From Nitrososphaerota archaeon (GTDB taxonomy: Archaea; Thermoproteota; Nitrososphaeria; Nitrososphaerales; UBA57): 55,068 nucleotides of DNA. Shown one piece after another: positions 27,453 through 36,659 of the stretch (the stretch's first letter is position 1; every line of letters starts with the position of its first letter). Where the stretch lies: positions 1 through 55,068 of the forward strand of contig JACAFT010000003.1 in assembly GCA_013378375.1 (NCBI GenBank). The letters run 5' to 3'. The notes under the pieces are model-generated. The model searched no databases, had not been told where the DNA came from, and saw only the letters and a list, made by a program, of their open reading frames with translations. Made by a program: the position numbers and the translations under genes.

Positions 27453-28612
27453 TCTTTAATAAGACTCTCTGGTTCTTCCAAATATTTTCTGATAGAATTC
27501 AAAAATCGTGCTACATCTGCACCATCTAATACTCTATGATCAAATGATAATGACAAGTATACTCTATCTCTTACAACAATTTTATCTTCCCATGAAACTA
27601 CTTTTTTCATTATTTTATTTATTGCTAATATTGCTACTTCTGGATAGTTTACAATTGGAATAGAAGATATTCCTCCAATTGCACCGATATTTGTAATTGT
27701 AAATGTTCCGCCTTTTGTATCTTCTATTTCTAATTTTCCTGATTTTGCCTCCTTTGATAGTTTTTCTATTTCTTTAGCTATTTCTGAAATGCTTTTATTT
27801 TGAGCCTTTTTAATTACTGGTACTATTAGTCCTTGTTCTGTATCGGTCGCAATACCTATGTTATAATCTTTTTTTATTACAATGTCTTCTGTTTCTTCAT
27901 CTAATGAAGCGTTAATTCTTTTATTGGATTCTAATGATTTTATTACTGCTTTCACAAAGAATGGCATATATGTTAATTTAATATCATTTGAATTTGATTC
28001 TTTTAATTTATTCTTCAATTCTGTTACTTTTGTCATATCGATTTCTTCCATAATCCATGCTTGTACCACTCTATCAGAAGCTTTTGATAATCTTTCAGCT
28101 ATTGTTTTTCGTGTTCCTCTAAAAGCAATCCTTTCTTCATTGCTTTGTACGTTTAATTTAGAATGTAATTTTACATCTTTTTCTGTTATTCTTCCGTCTT
28201 CTTCTGTCCCTTTAACTTGATTAATATCTATTCCCATTTCCTTTGCTAATCTTTTCACAGCGGGAGTGGCGATAATTCTTCTAATTTGTTGTTTTTCTTT
28301 TAATTTAACTAACTTGTCTTTTTGCTTTTCTTCTGTTTGTTGTGTTTCTTCTATAATTTCATTATTTTCTTCTTTTCCGTCATCTATTATTACTACTGTT
28401 TCTCCTACTTTGACAATCATTCCCACATCAGGTCCAATTTTTGTTATTACTCCCTTTGCAGGTGATGGTAATTCTACAGTTACTTTTTCAGTTATAATCT
28501 CTACAAGTGGTTGATTTTCTTTTACTATATCTCCAACTTTTACATGCCATTTACTTACTTCTCCTTCAACTATTCCCTCGCCGATATCTGCAAGTTTAAA
28601 ATTGTATACCAT
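27449..28612 (-). CDS. Dihydrolipoamide acyltransferase (E2) of a 2-oxoacid dehydrogenase complex
   Basis: 387 aa. N-terminal lipoyl domain (GEGIVEGEVSKWHVKVGD...ITEKVTVELPSP), a subunit-binding domain (ATPAVKRLAKEMGIDI) and the catalytic SFDHRVLDGA motif. Confidence 0.88.
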   Translation of the reverse strand: MVYNFKLADIGEGIVEGEVSKWHVKVGDIVKENQPLVEIITEKVTVELPSPAKGVITKIGPDVGMIVKVGETVVIIDDGKEENNEIIEETQQTEEKQKDKLVKLKEKQQIRRIIATPAVKRLAKEMGIDINQVKGTEEDGRITEKDVKLHSKLNVQSNEERIAFRGTRKTIAERLSKASDRVVQAWIMEEIDMTKVTELKNKLKESNSNDIKLTYMPFFVKAVIKSLESNKRINASLDEETEDIVIKKDYNIGIATDTEQGLIVPVIKKAQNKSISEIAKEIEKLSKEAKSGKLEIEDTKGGTFTITNIGAIGGISSIPIVNYPEVAILAINKIMKKVVSWEDKIVVRDRVYLSLSFDHRVLDGADVARFLNSIRKYLEEPESLIKE

Positions 28613-28620
28613 TCAGATCA

Positions 28621-29595
28621 CTATGAATATTCTACTGTGCGTTTTATCTTATTATAGATAACTTTCGCATCAGGTAGGTACTCTTTTTCCAATGAATATG
28701 GAAATGGAGTGTCTAAACCTGCTACTCTTTGTACTGGTGCTTCTAAATACTCTAAACAATTCTCTGCAATTAGTGCGGATATTTCTGCACTCATTCCTAA
28801 AGTTTTTGGTGCTTCATGTACAATAACTAAACGTCCAGTTTTCTTTACTGATTTAATTATTGTTTCTGAATCAAGTGGAGAAAGTGTTCTTAAATCTATA
28901 AATTCTGCAGTAATTCCGTCTTTCTTTATCATCTCTAATGACTCATTTACTGTTTGTATCATGGCGCCATAACTGATTATAGTCACATCATTTCCTTCTT
29001 CTAATATATTTGCTTCACCAATAGGAATTGTATAAGCTTCTTCTGGGACTTCTTCTTTTAATGCTCTGTAGAATCTTTTTGGCTCAAAGAATATTACTGG
29101 ATCTTCGTCTCTAATCGCTGAAATTAATAATCCTTTTGTTTCGTACGGTGTTGATGGTACAATAACTTTTAATCCTGCTGTGTGGACAAAATATGTTTCT
29201 CCACTCTGTGAATGATAAGAAGCACCTTTTATACCTCCTCCATATGGCGCTCTTATTACCATTGGACATGCATAAGCACCTCCTGTTCTATATCTAAATT
29301 TAGCAAGATCAGAAACAATTTGATCAAATGCTGGAAATATAAAATCCATGAATTGTATTTCTACAATCGGTTTTAAACCATATAGTGACATGCCTATTGC
29401 AGTTCCTATAATTCCTGATTCATTCAGAGGCGTATCAATTACTCGTTTTGGACCAAATTTATCATAAAGTCCTTCGGTAGTTCTGAAAACACCGCCATTT
29501 TTTCCAATATCTTCTCCCAAAAGTACTATTTTGTCATTTTTTTCCATTTCATTGTCTAATGCACTTTTAACCGCTTGATTTAATGTCATTAACAT
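28621..29595 (-). CDS. 2-oxoacid dehydrogenase E1 component, beta subunit
   Basis: 324 aa. LLGEDIGKNGGVFRTTEGL, RVIDTPLNESGIIGTAIGM and QFMDFIFPAFDQIV. Confidence 0.88.
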   Translation of the reverse strand: MLMTLNQAVKSALDNEMEKNDKIVLLGEDIGKNGGVFRTTEGLYDKFGPKRVIDTPLNESGIIGTAIGMSLYGLKPIVEIQFMDFIFPAFDQIVSDLAKFRYRTGGAYACPMVIRAPYGGGIKGASYHSQSGETYFVHTAGLKVIVPSTPYETKGLLISAIRDEDPVIFFEPKRFYRALKEEVPEEAYTIPIGEANILEEGNDVTIISYGAMIQTVNESLEMIKKDGITAEFIDLRTLSPLDSETIIKSVKKTGRLVIVHEAPKTLGMSAEISALIAENCLEYLEAPVQRVAGLDTPFPYSLEKEYLPDAKVIYNKIKRTVEYS

Positions 29596-29599
29596 TGTT

Positions 29600-30505
29600 T
29601 TATTTCACCATGTTTTTTACGAAATATTCTCCTGCTTTGTATGAACTTCTTACTAGAGGACCTGATACAACATATTTAAAACCCATATCTTCAGCTACCT
29701 GTTTTAGTTTAAGAAATTTTTCTGGTCGAACAAATTGTTTAACACTAATATGAAAGTCTGATGGTTGCAGGTATTGTCCAATTGTTAAAATATCTACATT
29801 TGCATTTCTTAAATCTTTTATAGTATTTATTACCTCTGAATCTTTTTCCCCAAATCCCAACATTATTGATGATTTTGTAAAAATTGTTGGCTCTAATTTC
29901 TTTATATTCATTAATACATTCAATGATCTTTGGTATGAAGCTCTCCTATCTCTTACAAAGTGTGTTAAATTTTTTGTTGTTTCAATGTTATGTGCAATAA
30001 CTGTTGGTTTAGCTTTAATTACAATTGATAATGCATCTAAGCTTTCAGAGAAATCAGGTATTAAAACCTCAATTAATGTATTGTTGTTAATTTTGTGTAT
30101 ATATTTAATTGTATCTGCAAAATGAGATGCACCTCCATCGTTCAAGTCATCACGATCAACTGAAGTTAAAACGACATACTCTAACTGTAATTCTTTTACT
30201 GCATTTGCTATATTTTCTGGTTCAAATATATCAATCATGCCTTTTGGATTTCCCGATTTCACATGACAAAATTTACATCCTCTTGTACAAATATCTCCTA
30301 ATAACATAAACGTTGCAGTTCCTCCATTCCAACATTCGTATATATTTGGACAATTTGCTTCTTGACAAACAGTATTAAGATTCAAGGTTTTTGCTGATTT
30401 TTTGACCTTTTCATAATTGCTTCCTTGTGTGAGATTAACTTTAAGCCAATCCGGTTTCTGCAATTTTTGTCCTATCTGTTTGTTATTTATTGTTCTTCTG
30501 GGCAA
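29600..30505 (-). CDS. lipA: Lipoyl synthase (radical SAM)
   Basis: 301 aa. CQEANCPNIYECW and CTRGCKFCHV cluster motifs. Confidence 0.9.
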   Translation of the reverse strand: MPRRTINNKQIGQKLQKPDWLKVNLTQGSNYEKVKKSAKTLNLNTVCQEANCPNIYECWNGGTATFMLLGDICTRGCKFCHVKSGNPKGMIDIFEPENIANAVKELQLEYVVLTSVDRDDLNDGGASHFADTIKYIHKINNNTLIEVLIPDFSESLDALSIVIKAKPTVIAHNIETTKNLTHFVRDRRASYQRSLNVLMNIKKLEPTIFTKSSIMLGFGEKDSEVINTIKDLRNANVDILTIGQYLQPSDFHISVKQFVRPEKFLKLKQVAEDMGFKYVVSGPLVRSSYKAGEYFVKNMVK

Positions 30506-30589
30506 TCTTAAAATTTTTTATTCGCATTCGAATAAATCATTTACGTTTTTTCCATAAAACTTAGGCATTTTGCTAATTTATTTTACTTA

Positions 30590-32296
30590 TTAGGCAATTA
30601 CCATGTCTTTTAGTGCTGTATTTGGCACTACAAATGGAAATACATCTTCATCAGGATTAATTGGCACATCTATTATGGTTGTCACGTCGCTGCTTAATGC
30701 ATTTTTTAAGGCTTTATCAAATTCATTCATTGATTGGGCCCTTATTCCTTGAGCTCCATACGCTTCGGCTATTTTAACATAATCTGGAATTCCTTTGAGT
30801 TCTACTCCGATGTATTTTCTATCATAAAATAATCTTTGCCATTGTGCTACCATTCCTAACATACCATTGTTGAAGATAATTGTTATAACCGGTAAATCTT
30901 CTGTTACTGCAGTTGCAAGTGCTGATTCAGTCATTTGTACGCTTCCATCTCCTGCTATATCTATAACTGGTAGGTCTGGTCTTGCAAATTTTGCTCCAAC
31001 TGCTGCAGGTAATCCCCATCCCATTGTTCCTAATCCTGTTGAAGTATAAAACGTTCCAGGTTCTGCAACATCGAAGTGTAATGAAGCCCACATTTGATGT
31101 TGTCCGACTTCTGTTGTTACCAAACATTTATTCGGTAATATTTCTCTCATCTTCTTCATTAATCTTGGACCTGTTATTTCTCTAGGTGCTGGGAGAGGTT
31201 TGCTTCTCCAAATATCTTTAATTTCGTCGACTCTTTTTATCCATGCATATTCTGAACTTCTTTTTTTTGCTTTGTTTTCCATTGCAGATAAAAGTAGAGC
31301 TAATGTATTTTTTATATCTCCAATTAATCCAATGTCTGCTTTTTTGTTCTTTCCAATTTCTGATGGATCTATATCTGCATGAATTATTTTCATTTCATTA
31401 CCAAATTCATCCCATTTACCTACTGATCTATCTGAAAATCTTGCTCCTGTTGCAAGTAAAACATCTGCTTCAATTACTAATTTATTTGCCTCAATATGTC
31501 CATGCATTCCGATTGGACCTAAGGATAGATAATGTGTTTCTGAAAAACCTCCTTTTCCTTTAAAAGTTGAAACTACTGGAGATACTAAAAATTCTGCCAC
31601 GGCCTGAAGTTCTTTAAATGCTCCAGATATTATTACTCCACCGCCTGTCATTATCATTGGTCTTTCTGCTTTTAATAGAAGATCTGCCGCTCTATTAATT
31701 AATTCAAGATCTGCAGTTGGTACTTGATTTAACTTTCGAATATTTGGTTTTGTAGGAAAATTTACTTCCATTTTTTCTACTTGTGCATTTTTTGGTATAT
31801 CAATAAGAACTGGTCCTGGTCTTCCTGAAGTTGCAATATAAAAAGAATTTTTTACTGCTTGTGGTACTTCTGCAGATGTAAGTGGCTGATAAGTATATTT
31901 AGTAACTGGTGTTGCAATGCCTATTGTATCACATTCTTGAAACGCATCCTTTCCTATCATATCTGAAGCAACTTGTCCGGTAATTGCAATTATCGGTGAT
32001 GAATCTGCAAAAGCAGTTGCAATACCTGTGATTAGATTTGTTGCACCTGGTCCTGAAGTTGCAAAACAAACTCCTGGTTTTCTTGACGCACGTGCGTAAC
32101 CGTCTGCCATATGCGCTGCATTTTGTTCATGTCTTGCTAAAATATGACGAATATCGCTGTCATATAACGAATCATAAATTGGTAAATTTGCTCCACCTGG
32201 AAGTCCAAATATTCCCTTAACTCCTTCATTGTCTAATGCTTTAATTAATGCATCTGCACCTGTTGTTTCTATTAAATTTTTTAACATAAAATTCAC
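30590..32296 (-). CDS. ilvB: Acetolactate synthase large subunit-type TPP enzyme
   Basis: 568 aa. GADALIKAL...GLPGG, HEQNAAHMADGYARA, SGPGATNL and the GDGSVQM TPP motif. No small-subunit gene is adjacent. Confidence 0.8.
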   Translation of the reverse strand: MNFMLKNLIETTGADALIKALDNEGVKGIFGLPGGANLPIYDSLYDSDIRHILARHEQNAAHMADGYARASRKPGVCFATSGPGATNLITGIATAFADSSPIIAITGQVASDMIGKDAFQECDTIGIATPVTKYTYQPLTSAEVPQAVKNSFYIATSGRPGPVLIDIPKNAQVEKMEVNFPTKPNIRKLNQVPTADLELINRAADLLLKAERPMIMTGGGVIISGAFKELQAVAEFLVSPVVSTFKGKGGFSETHYLSLGPIGMHGHIEANKLVIEADVLLATGARFSDRSVGKWDEFGNEMKIIHADIDPSEIGKNKKADIGLIGDIKNTLALLLSAMENKAKKRSSEYAWIKRVDEIKDIWRSKPLPAPREITGPRLMKKMREILPNKCLVTTEVGQHQMWASLHFDVAEPGTFYTSTGLGTMGWGLPAAVGAKFARPDLPVIDIAGDGSVQMTESALATAVTEDLPVITIIFNNGMLGMVAQWQRLFYDRKYIGVELKGIPDYVKIAEAYGAQGIRAQSMNEFDKALKNALSSDVTTIIDVPINPDEDVFPFVVPNTALKDMVIA

Positions 32297-32460
32297 TTTT
32301 AGATAGTAATAACTACTTATACTACGACTGAGATAGCAATAATCTGGTAATGTATTTTCATATTTTTATCCCTTCACTTATTGTACACGACAAATATTAT
32401 GATATAAATATATCGGGAAATACATTATACTTTGAGAAAATTTCTATTTTGTGAATTAGT

Positions 32461-32877
32461 ATGGTAAATTGTATCTTCTGTGAAATCATTCAGGGCGAAA
32501 GAACTTCAGTTAATGTATTTGAAACTAAGAACATTTTATCCTTCATGGATAAATATCCAATTAATCGTGGGCATCTTTTAGTAATTCCAAAGCAACATTA
32601 TGATTTCTTAACAGATATGTCCGATGACGAAGTATCAGAATTATTTAAGATTGTTAATTTACTTTCCAAATCTCTCTGGAAATCAGTTGCTGCTGATGGA
32701 ATAAGTATTGGACAATCAAATGGAAAAGCTGCCAGTCAAGATATATTTCACGTACATGTACATATTATTCCTCGTTTTGTTAATGATAGTGTTGACGGTT
32801 CTTGGCCAACACGAAAAATATTTACTGAAAAAGAACTTCAAGATACTGCTACTCTTATAAAAACACATCTTCCTTGA
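32461..32877 (+). CDS. HIT-family (histidine triad) protein
   Basis: 138 aa. CIFCEII...PINRGHLLVIPKQH...HVHVHIIPR. Confidence 0.88.
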   Translation: MVNCIFCEIIQGERTSVNVFETKNILSFMDKYPINRGHLLVIPKQHYDFLTDMSDDEVSELFKIVNLLSKSLWKSVAADGISIGQSNGKAASQDIFHVHVHIIPRFVNDSVDGSWPTRKIFTEKELQDTATLIKTHLP

Positions 32878-32958
32878 CTAGCAATTTGCAAATATCCCAA
32901 AACTCTTAAGCATCTTTTTTTTTATTATAGTTGGACAGGTTGTTCTATTCTTTACGAC

Positions 32959-33049
32959 GGGCTGGTATGTAATAATTGCTAATCGTCTAGTTTGGTAGGA
33001 TACCCCCTTGGCATGGGGGAGGTCGAGGGTTCAAATCCCTCCCAGTCCA
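32959..33049 (+). tRNA. tRNA-Ala(GGC) with a non-canonical intron of about 17 nt near positions 8-10
   Basis: Parse: GGGCTGG TA [tgtaataattgctaatc] GTCT AGTTTGGTA GGAT A CCCCC TTGGCAT GGGGG AGGTC GAGGG TTCAAAT CCCTC CCAGTCC A. The G3:U70 Ala identity pair is present. It is a GC-rich island in AT-rich DNA. No CCA is encoded. Confidence 0.8.
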
Positions 33050-33131
33050 TTTATCTTTCTAATGCCTAACTAATTTAATATATTGAAAATCATATATTGA
33101 ACTTATTAAGAATTGACAACGTGGTATAATT

Positions 33132-35879
33132 ATGCAAAATATTGAAAGACTGAAAATATTGTTTGTACTAGTTGTTTTAGTTTCTAGTTCCTTGTTAATT
33201 TTATCTCCTGCCGCACATGGTCAAGGCAGCTCTTCGTTAGCTTCATCCGTTGAATTAAAATCTGGAAAATTAAGTGGTGTCTGGACCAGTGGTTCTGAAT
33301 ATTATAAAATTAATATATTGTCAGGACAAACTGTATCAATTAATTTAGATTTAATTTTTGGAACTGATGTTGATATCTATCTCTATGATCCTGATAGTAC
33401 AGACGATGAAAAATTTGAAGTCGCTTCTTCAACGATAATTGGTAACGGAGACGACGAAAATATTAAATTTACAGCTTCAAAATCTGGTTTTCACTATCTT
33501 AAACTCACTGGTCAAAAATATTCAGGTTCTGGAGCATATGACTTGACAGTTTTTGTTACTCAATTTGATGTATTATTCTCAGATTGGGGTACTCAGATTA
33601 ATCCTTTGGAAGTTGCTCCTGGAGATTTGGGTACAAATCTACAAATTGTCTTGCGAAATAGCGGTCCCTTTGATATCAGCGATTTATCTATTGACTTGTC
33701 ATTACCTGATACCTTAAGTAATCGTACCGGAGGAAATTCATTATATGCTATTTCTACTACCAATCTAATTTCGGGTTCCACTAATACATTTAATTTTCTA
33801 GTTAATGTTAATGAACAGACAGATATTGAAACAATTTACTTACCTATGATTATAAATTATCAAGCTCCTGATAATATCAAAGGAATTGAAATTGAATCAA
33901 CCATTTCAGTTCATATAACTGGAAGAAGTTTCATTAACTTTGAATCAAGTATTCAAGTTCTTTCACCAAAAGTTTCCAATGATGTTGACTTGACAATAAA
34001 AAATGAAGGAACTGCTAGTACTGGTTCGATAGATCTATCTTTGACCATTCCTTCTCCACTCAATCTCTTGGGTTCAGATAATAAATGGAAATTAACATCT
34101 TTACAACCTGGTGAGGAGATATCTATTACAACTTCTATTTTTGCGCCAAAAAGTTCTGCAGGCCAGTATTATCAAATTATTGGAAACTTTGTCTATGATA
34201 ATACGTTTGGCCAAACTATTTCCGAAACTCGTACCATTTCTCTTCGTGTTGATGATGAGCCAGCTCAACAATGTGATATAGAAGCGAATGAAATTTGGAA
34301 TTCTGAAAAACAACAATGTGAGACAGTAAGTAGTGGAATAATTGTAGTAGAGACTTTCTGGGGTAGTCCGACAGAAAAAATTTCCGTCGAACCTGGAGAT
34401 AATAGAGTAAAACTTAACGTTGTTATACAAAATCGAGATGATGGTGCTATTAGTGGAATTCAAGGAAATCTTATTCTTCGCGATCCCTTTGCTTCTTCTA
34501 ATGGAGATGACTCTCTCTCAAGTTTCTTCGGTTCAACTGTATCTAGTGGAAGTACTTCTTCAGCAGATTTCCTTCTCAATATAGATAAAACTACTCATGT
34601 GGGAACATATGATCTAACTATTGAATTTTCTTATCTCGACAAGGATTCAATATTGAGATTTGAGACATTATTGTTTTCTGTTGACATCGATGGAAAAAGT
34701 AATCTAGAAACAACTATTTCTAACAATATTTTTACTAGTGGTACAAAAAATGAATTATCTTTTGCAATTGAAAATCTAGGAACTGCTCCTGTTTATTCTG
34801 TTACTGTTTCTATTTCTTATGGTTCATCTTCTGGAATATTTTCTACATCTAACCAAGACAATAGTCGAAAAATATCTCAGTTATTACCTAATGATCGAAT
34901 GTTGTTATCTTTTCCTACATATGTTTCACCAACTGCTTCACAAGGATTATATCCAATTTCTTTCATTGTAGAATATCGTGATATTAATGGAATACAGAAA
35001 ACTGAATCACAAGAATTCGGTATCCTTGTTAAAGATTGGTTATCACCCTTTTCTATAACTGTCCCTGATAACATTCTTTTAGCTGGTCGTGTTACTTCTC
35101 CTTCTATTGATATTAAAAATACTGGAGATAATTCTATTCATGATATGAAAATAGAACTTCAATTCCCTACACTTCAATCTGCTTTTCCTATATTTCTAAA
35201 TTCTGGTAATGCTATATGGGAATATTCAAGGTTGAATTCTGGAGAATCACTTCTTCTTGATCCAGAAATTTTTTCCGCATTAAGTTCATCAGATACATCA
35301 TTTGTTGTACAAATCCAAATATCGTATCTTGACGAACATGGATTCCCTCATACAGAAGTTAGATCTGTCGGTTTTACCGTTCGTGGAATGATTGACTTGA
35401 CATATAATTCTATAGAATTCAGTTTACCGGTTATTCCAGCAGGAGCAAATGCAACTATAGTTGGTAATTTGTTAAATCAAGGAAATGACGATGCTAAGTT
35501 TCTTACTATCTCTATAATGAACAGTGATGATGTAATTGTAAATTCAGAAAGCTCGCAATATATTGCTGAAATCGATGAAGATGGGTTGATACCTTTTAGT
35601 TTAAAATTTGCAGTTGACGATTCATCGAACGACGGATTTACATCTATTACTCTTGTTATTAATTATGAAGATACTTATGGTAACAAATATTCTACACTTC
35701 AAACTTTTACTTTTGAAATTGGCGGAAATCTTGATGATTTACAACCAATTATTCTTGAAGAACCTTCAGGACCTGCTGATCTCTTAACTTCTCCCTATGC
35801 AATAGTTGGTGTTGGAACGTTTGTTATATTGTTAACAATTATTTTCCTCCGACGTCGTGGAAATGACAAACCATTTTAG
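33132..35879 (+). CDS. Secreted, C-terminally anchored surface protein: PPC (pre-peptidase C-terminal)-like domain followed by multiple CARDB/COG1361-like beta-sandwich repeats
   Basis: 915 aa. It has a signal peptide. YYKINILSGQTVSINLDL..DVDIYLYDPD...GFHYLKLTGQ...GAYDLTVFV is PPC-like. Repeated V.PGD/V.PGE...L.I.N.G modules follow. C-terminal TM IVGVGTFVILLTIIFLRRRG. Confidence 0.65.
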   Translation: MQNIERLKILFVLVVLVSSSLLILSPAAHGQGSSSLASSVELKSGKLSGVWTSGSEYYKINILSGQTVSINLDLIFGTDVDIYLYDPDSTDDEKFEVASSTIIGNGDDENIKFTASKSGFHYLKLTGQKYSGSGAYDLTVFVTQFDVLFSDWGTQINPLEVAPGDLGTNLQIVLRNSGPFDISDLSIDLSLPDTLSNRTGGNSLYAISTTNLISGSTNTFNFLVNVNEQTDIETIYLPMIINYQAPDNIKGIEIESTISVHITGRSFINFESSIQVLSPKVSNDVDLTIKNEGTASTGSIDLSLTIPSPLNLLGSDNKWKLTSLQPGEEISITTSIFAPKSSAGQYYQIIGNFVYDNTFGQTISETRTISLRVDDEPAQQCDIEANEIWNSEKQQCETVSSGIIVVETFWGSPTEKISVEPGDNRVKLNVVIQNRDDGAISGIQGNLILRDPFASSNGDDSLSSFFGSTVSSGSTSSADFLLNIDKTTHVGTYDLTIEFSYLDKDSILRFETLLFSVDIDGKSNLETTISNNIFTSGTKNELSFAIENLGTAPVYSVTVSISYGSSSGIFSTSNQDNSRKISQLLPNDRMLLSFPTYVSPTASQGLYPISFIVEYRDINGIQKTESQEFGILVKDWLSPFSITVPDNILLAGRVTSPSIDIKNTGDNSIHDMKIELQFPTLQSAFPIFLNSGNAIWEYSRLNSGESLLLDPEIFSALSSSDTSFVVQIQISYLDEHGFPHTEVRSVGFTVRGMIDLTYNSIEFSLPVIPAGANATIVGNLLNQGNDDAKFLTISIMNSDDVIVNSESSQYIAEIDEDGLIPFSLKFAVDDSSNDGFTSITLVINYEDTYGNKYSTLQTFTFEIGGNLDDLQPIILEEPSGPADLLTSPYAIVGVGTFVILLTIIFLRRRGNDKPF

Positions 35880-35888
35880 GTAGATATC

Positions 35889-36599
35889 TTGACTTCGCAT
35901 ATATTATACACTGAATTACTTAGCAAAATCTATCGCGGTGATGGTCTTGATACTATTGCACTGGACGCAGTTGACATTAAAATTGATAAAGGAGAATTTA
36001 TTGCAATTATGGGGCCTTCTGGAAGTGGGAAATCCACTCTGCTAAATTTAATTGGCGCATTAGATTCACCTACTTCGGGTAAAATTTTTCTTGATGGAAT
36101 AGAAACTACTGCTCTTAATTCTGCAGGTCTTGCTTTATTACGCAATAAAAAAATTGGGTTTATTTTTCAATCATTTAATTTAATTTCACGTTTTACTGCA
36201 CTCGTTAATGTTGAATTACCTTTATCTATTCTTGGAATCTCGGCTAAGGCAAGAAAAAAACGCGCATATGAAATGCTTAAGCTTGTTGGTTTAGACGATC
36301 GATGGAACCATACTCCAAATCAACTTAGTGGTGGTCAGCAACAACGTGTGGCCATTGCTCGTGCATTATCTGTTGATCCACCTATTATCCTTGGAGATGA
36401 ACCTACAGGTAATCTTGATTCTACAACTTCTGGTATTATTATTAACTTATTATCAGAGTTGAACCAAAAAACTGGGAAGACTATAATATTGATTACTCAT
36501 GATCCTGACGTTGCTATGAAGGCATCGAGAGTTATTACAGTAAAAGATGGTAAAATAGAAGACGATAATTACGATATAAAAACGAAAAAAACTATATAA
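35889..36599 (+). CDS. ABC transporter ATP-binding protein (MacB/LolD-like)
   Basis: 236 aa. [35 protein letters not shown] and ITHD. It starts 9 nt after the preceding gene. Confidence 0.88.
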   Translation: MTSHILYTELLSKIYRGDGLDTIALDAVDIKIDKGEFIAIMGPSGSGKSTLLNLIGALDSPTSGKIFLDGIETTALNSAGLALLRNKKIGFIFQSFNLISRFTALVNVELPLSILGISAKARKKRAYEMLKLVGLDDRWNHTPNQLSGGQQQRVAIARALSVDPPIILGDEPTGNLDSTTSGIIINLLSELNQKTGKTIILITHDPDVAMKASRVITVKDGKIEDDNYDIKTKKTI

Positions 36600-36659
36600 T
36601 TACTTTAAATAATAAATAATTAAATATTCATATAGGTTTTCTTATTTAGATAGCATAAT

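Noticed and set aside
30867-32220. Cluster of 60-106-aa ORFs on both strands
   Set aside because: All lie within the ilvB-type gene in other frames or on the other strand, with no independent support.
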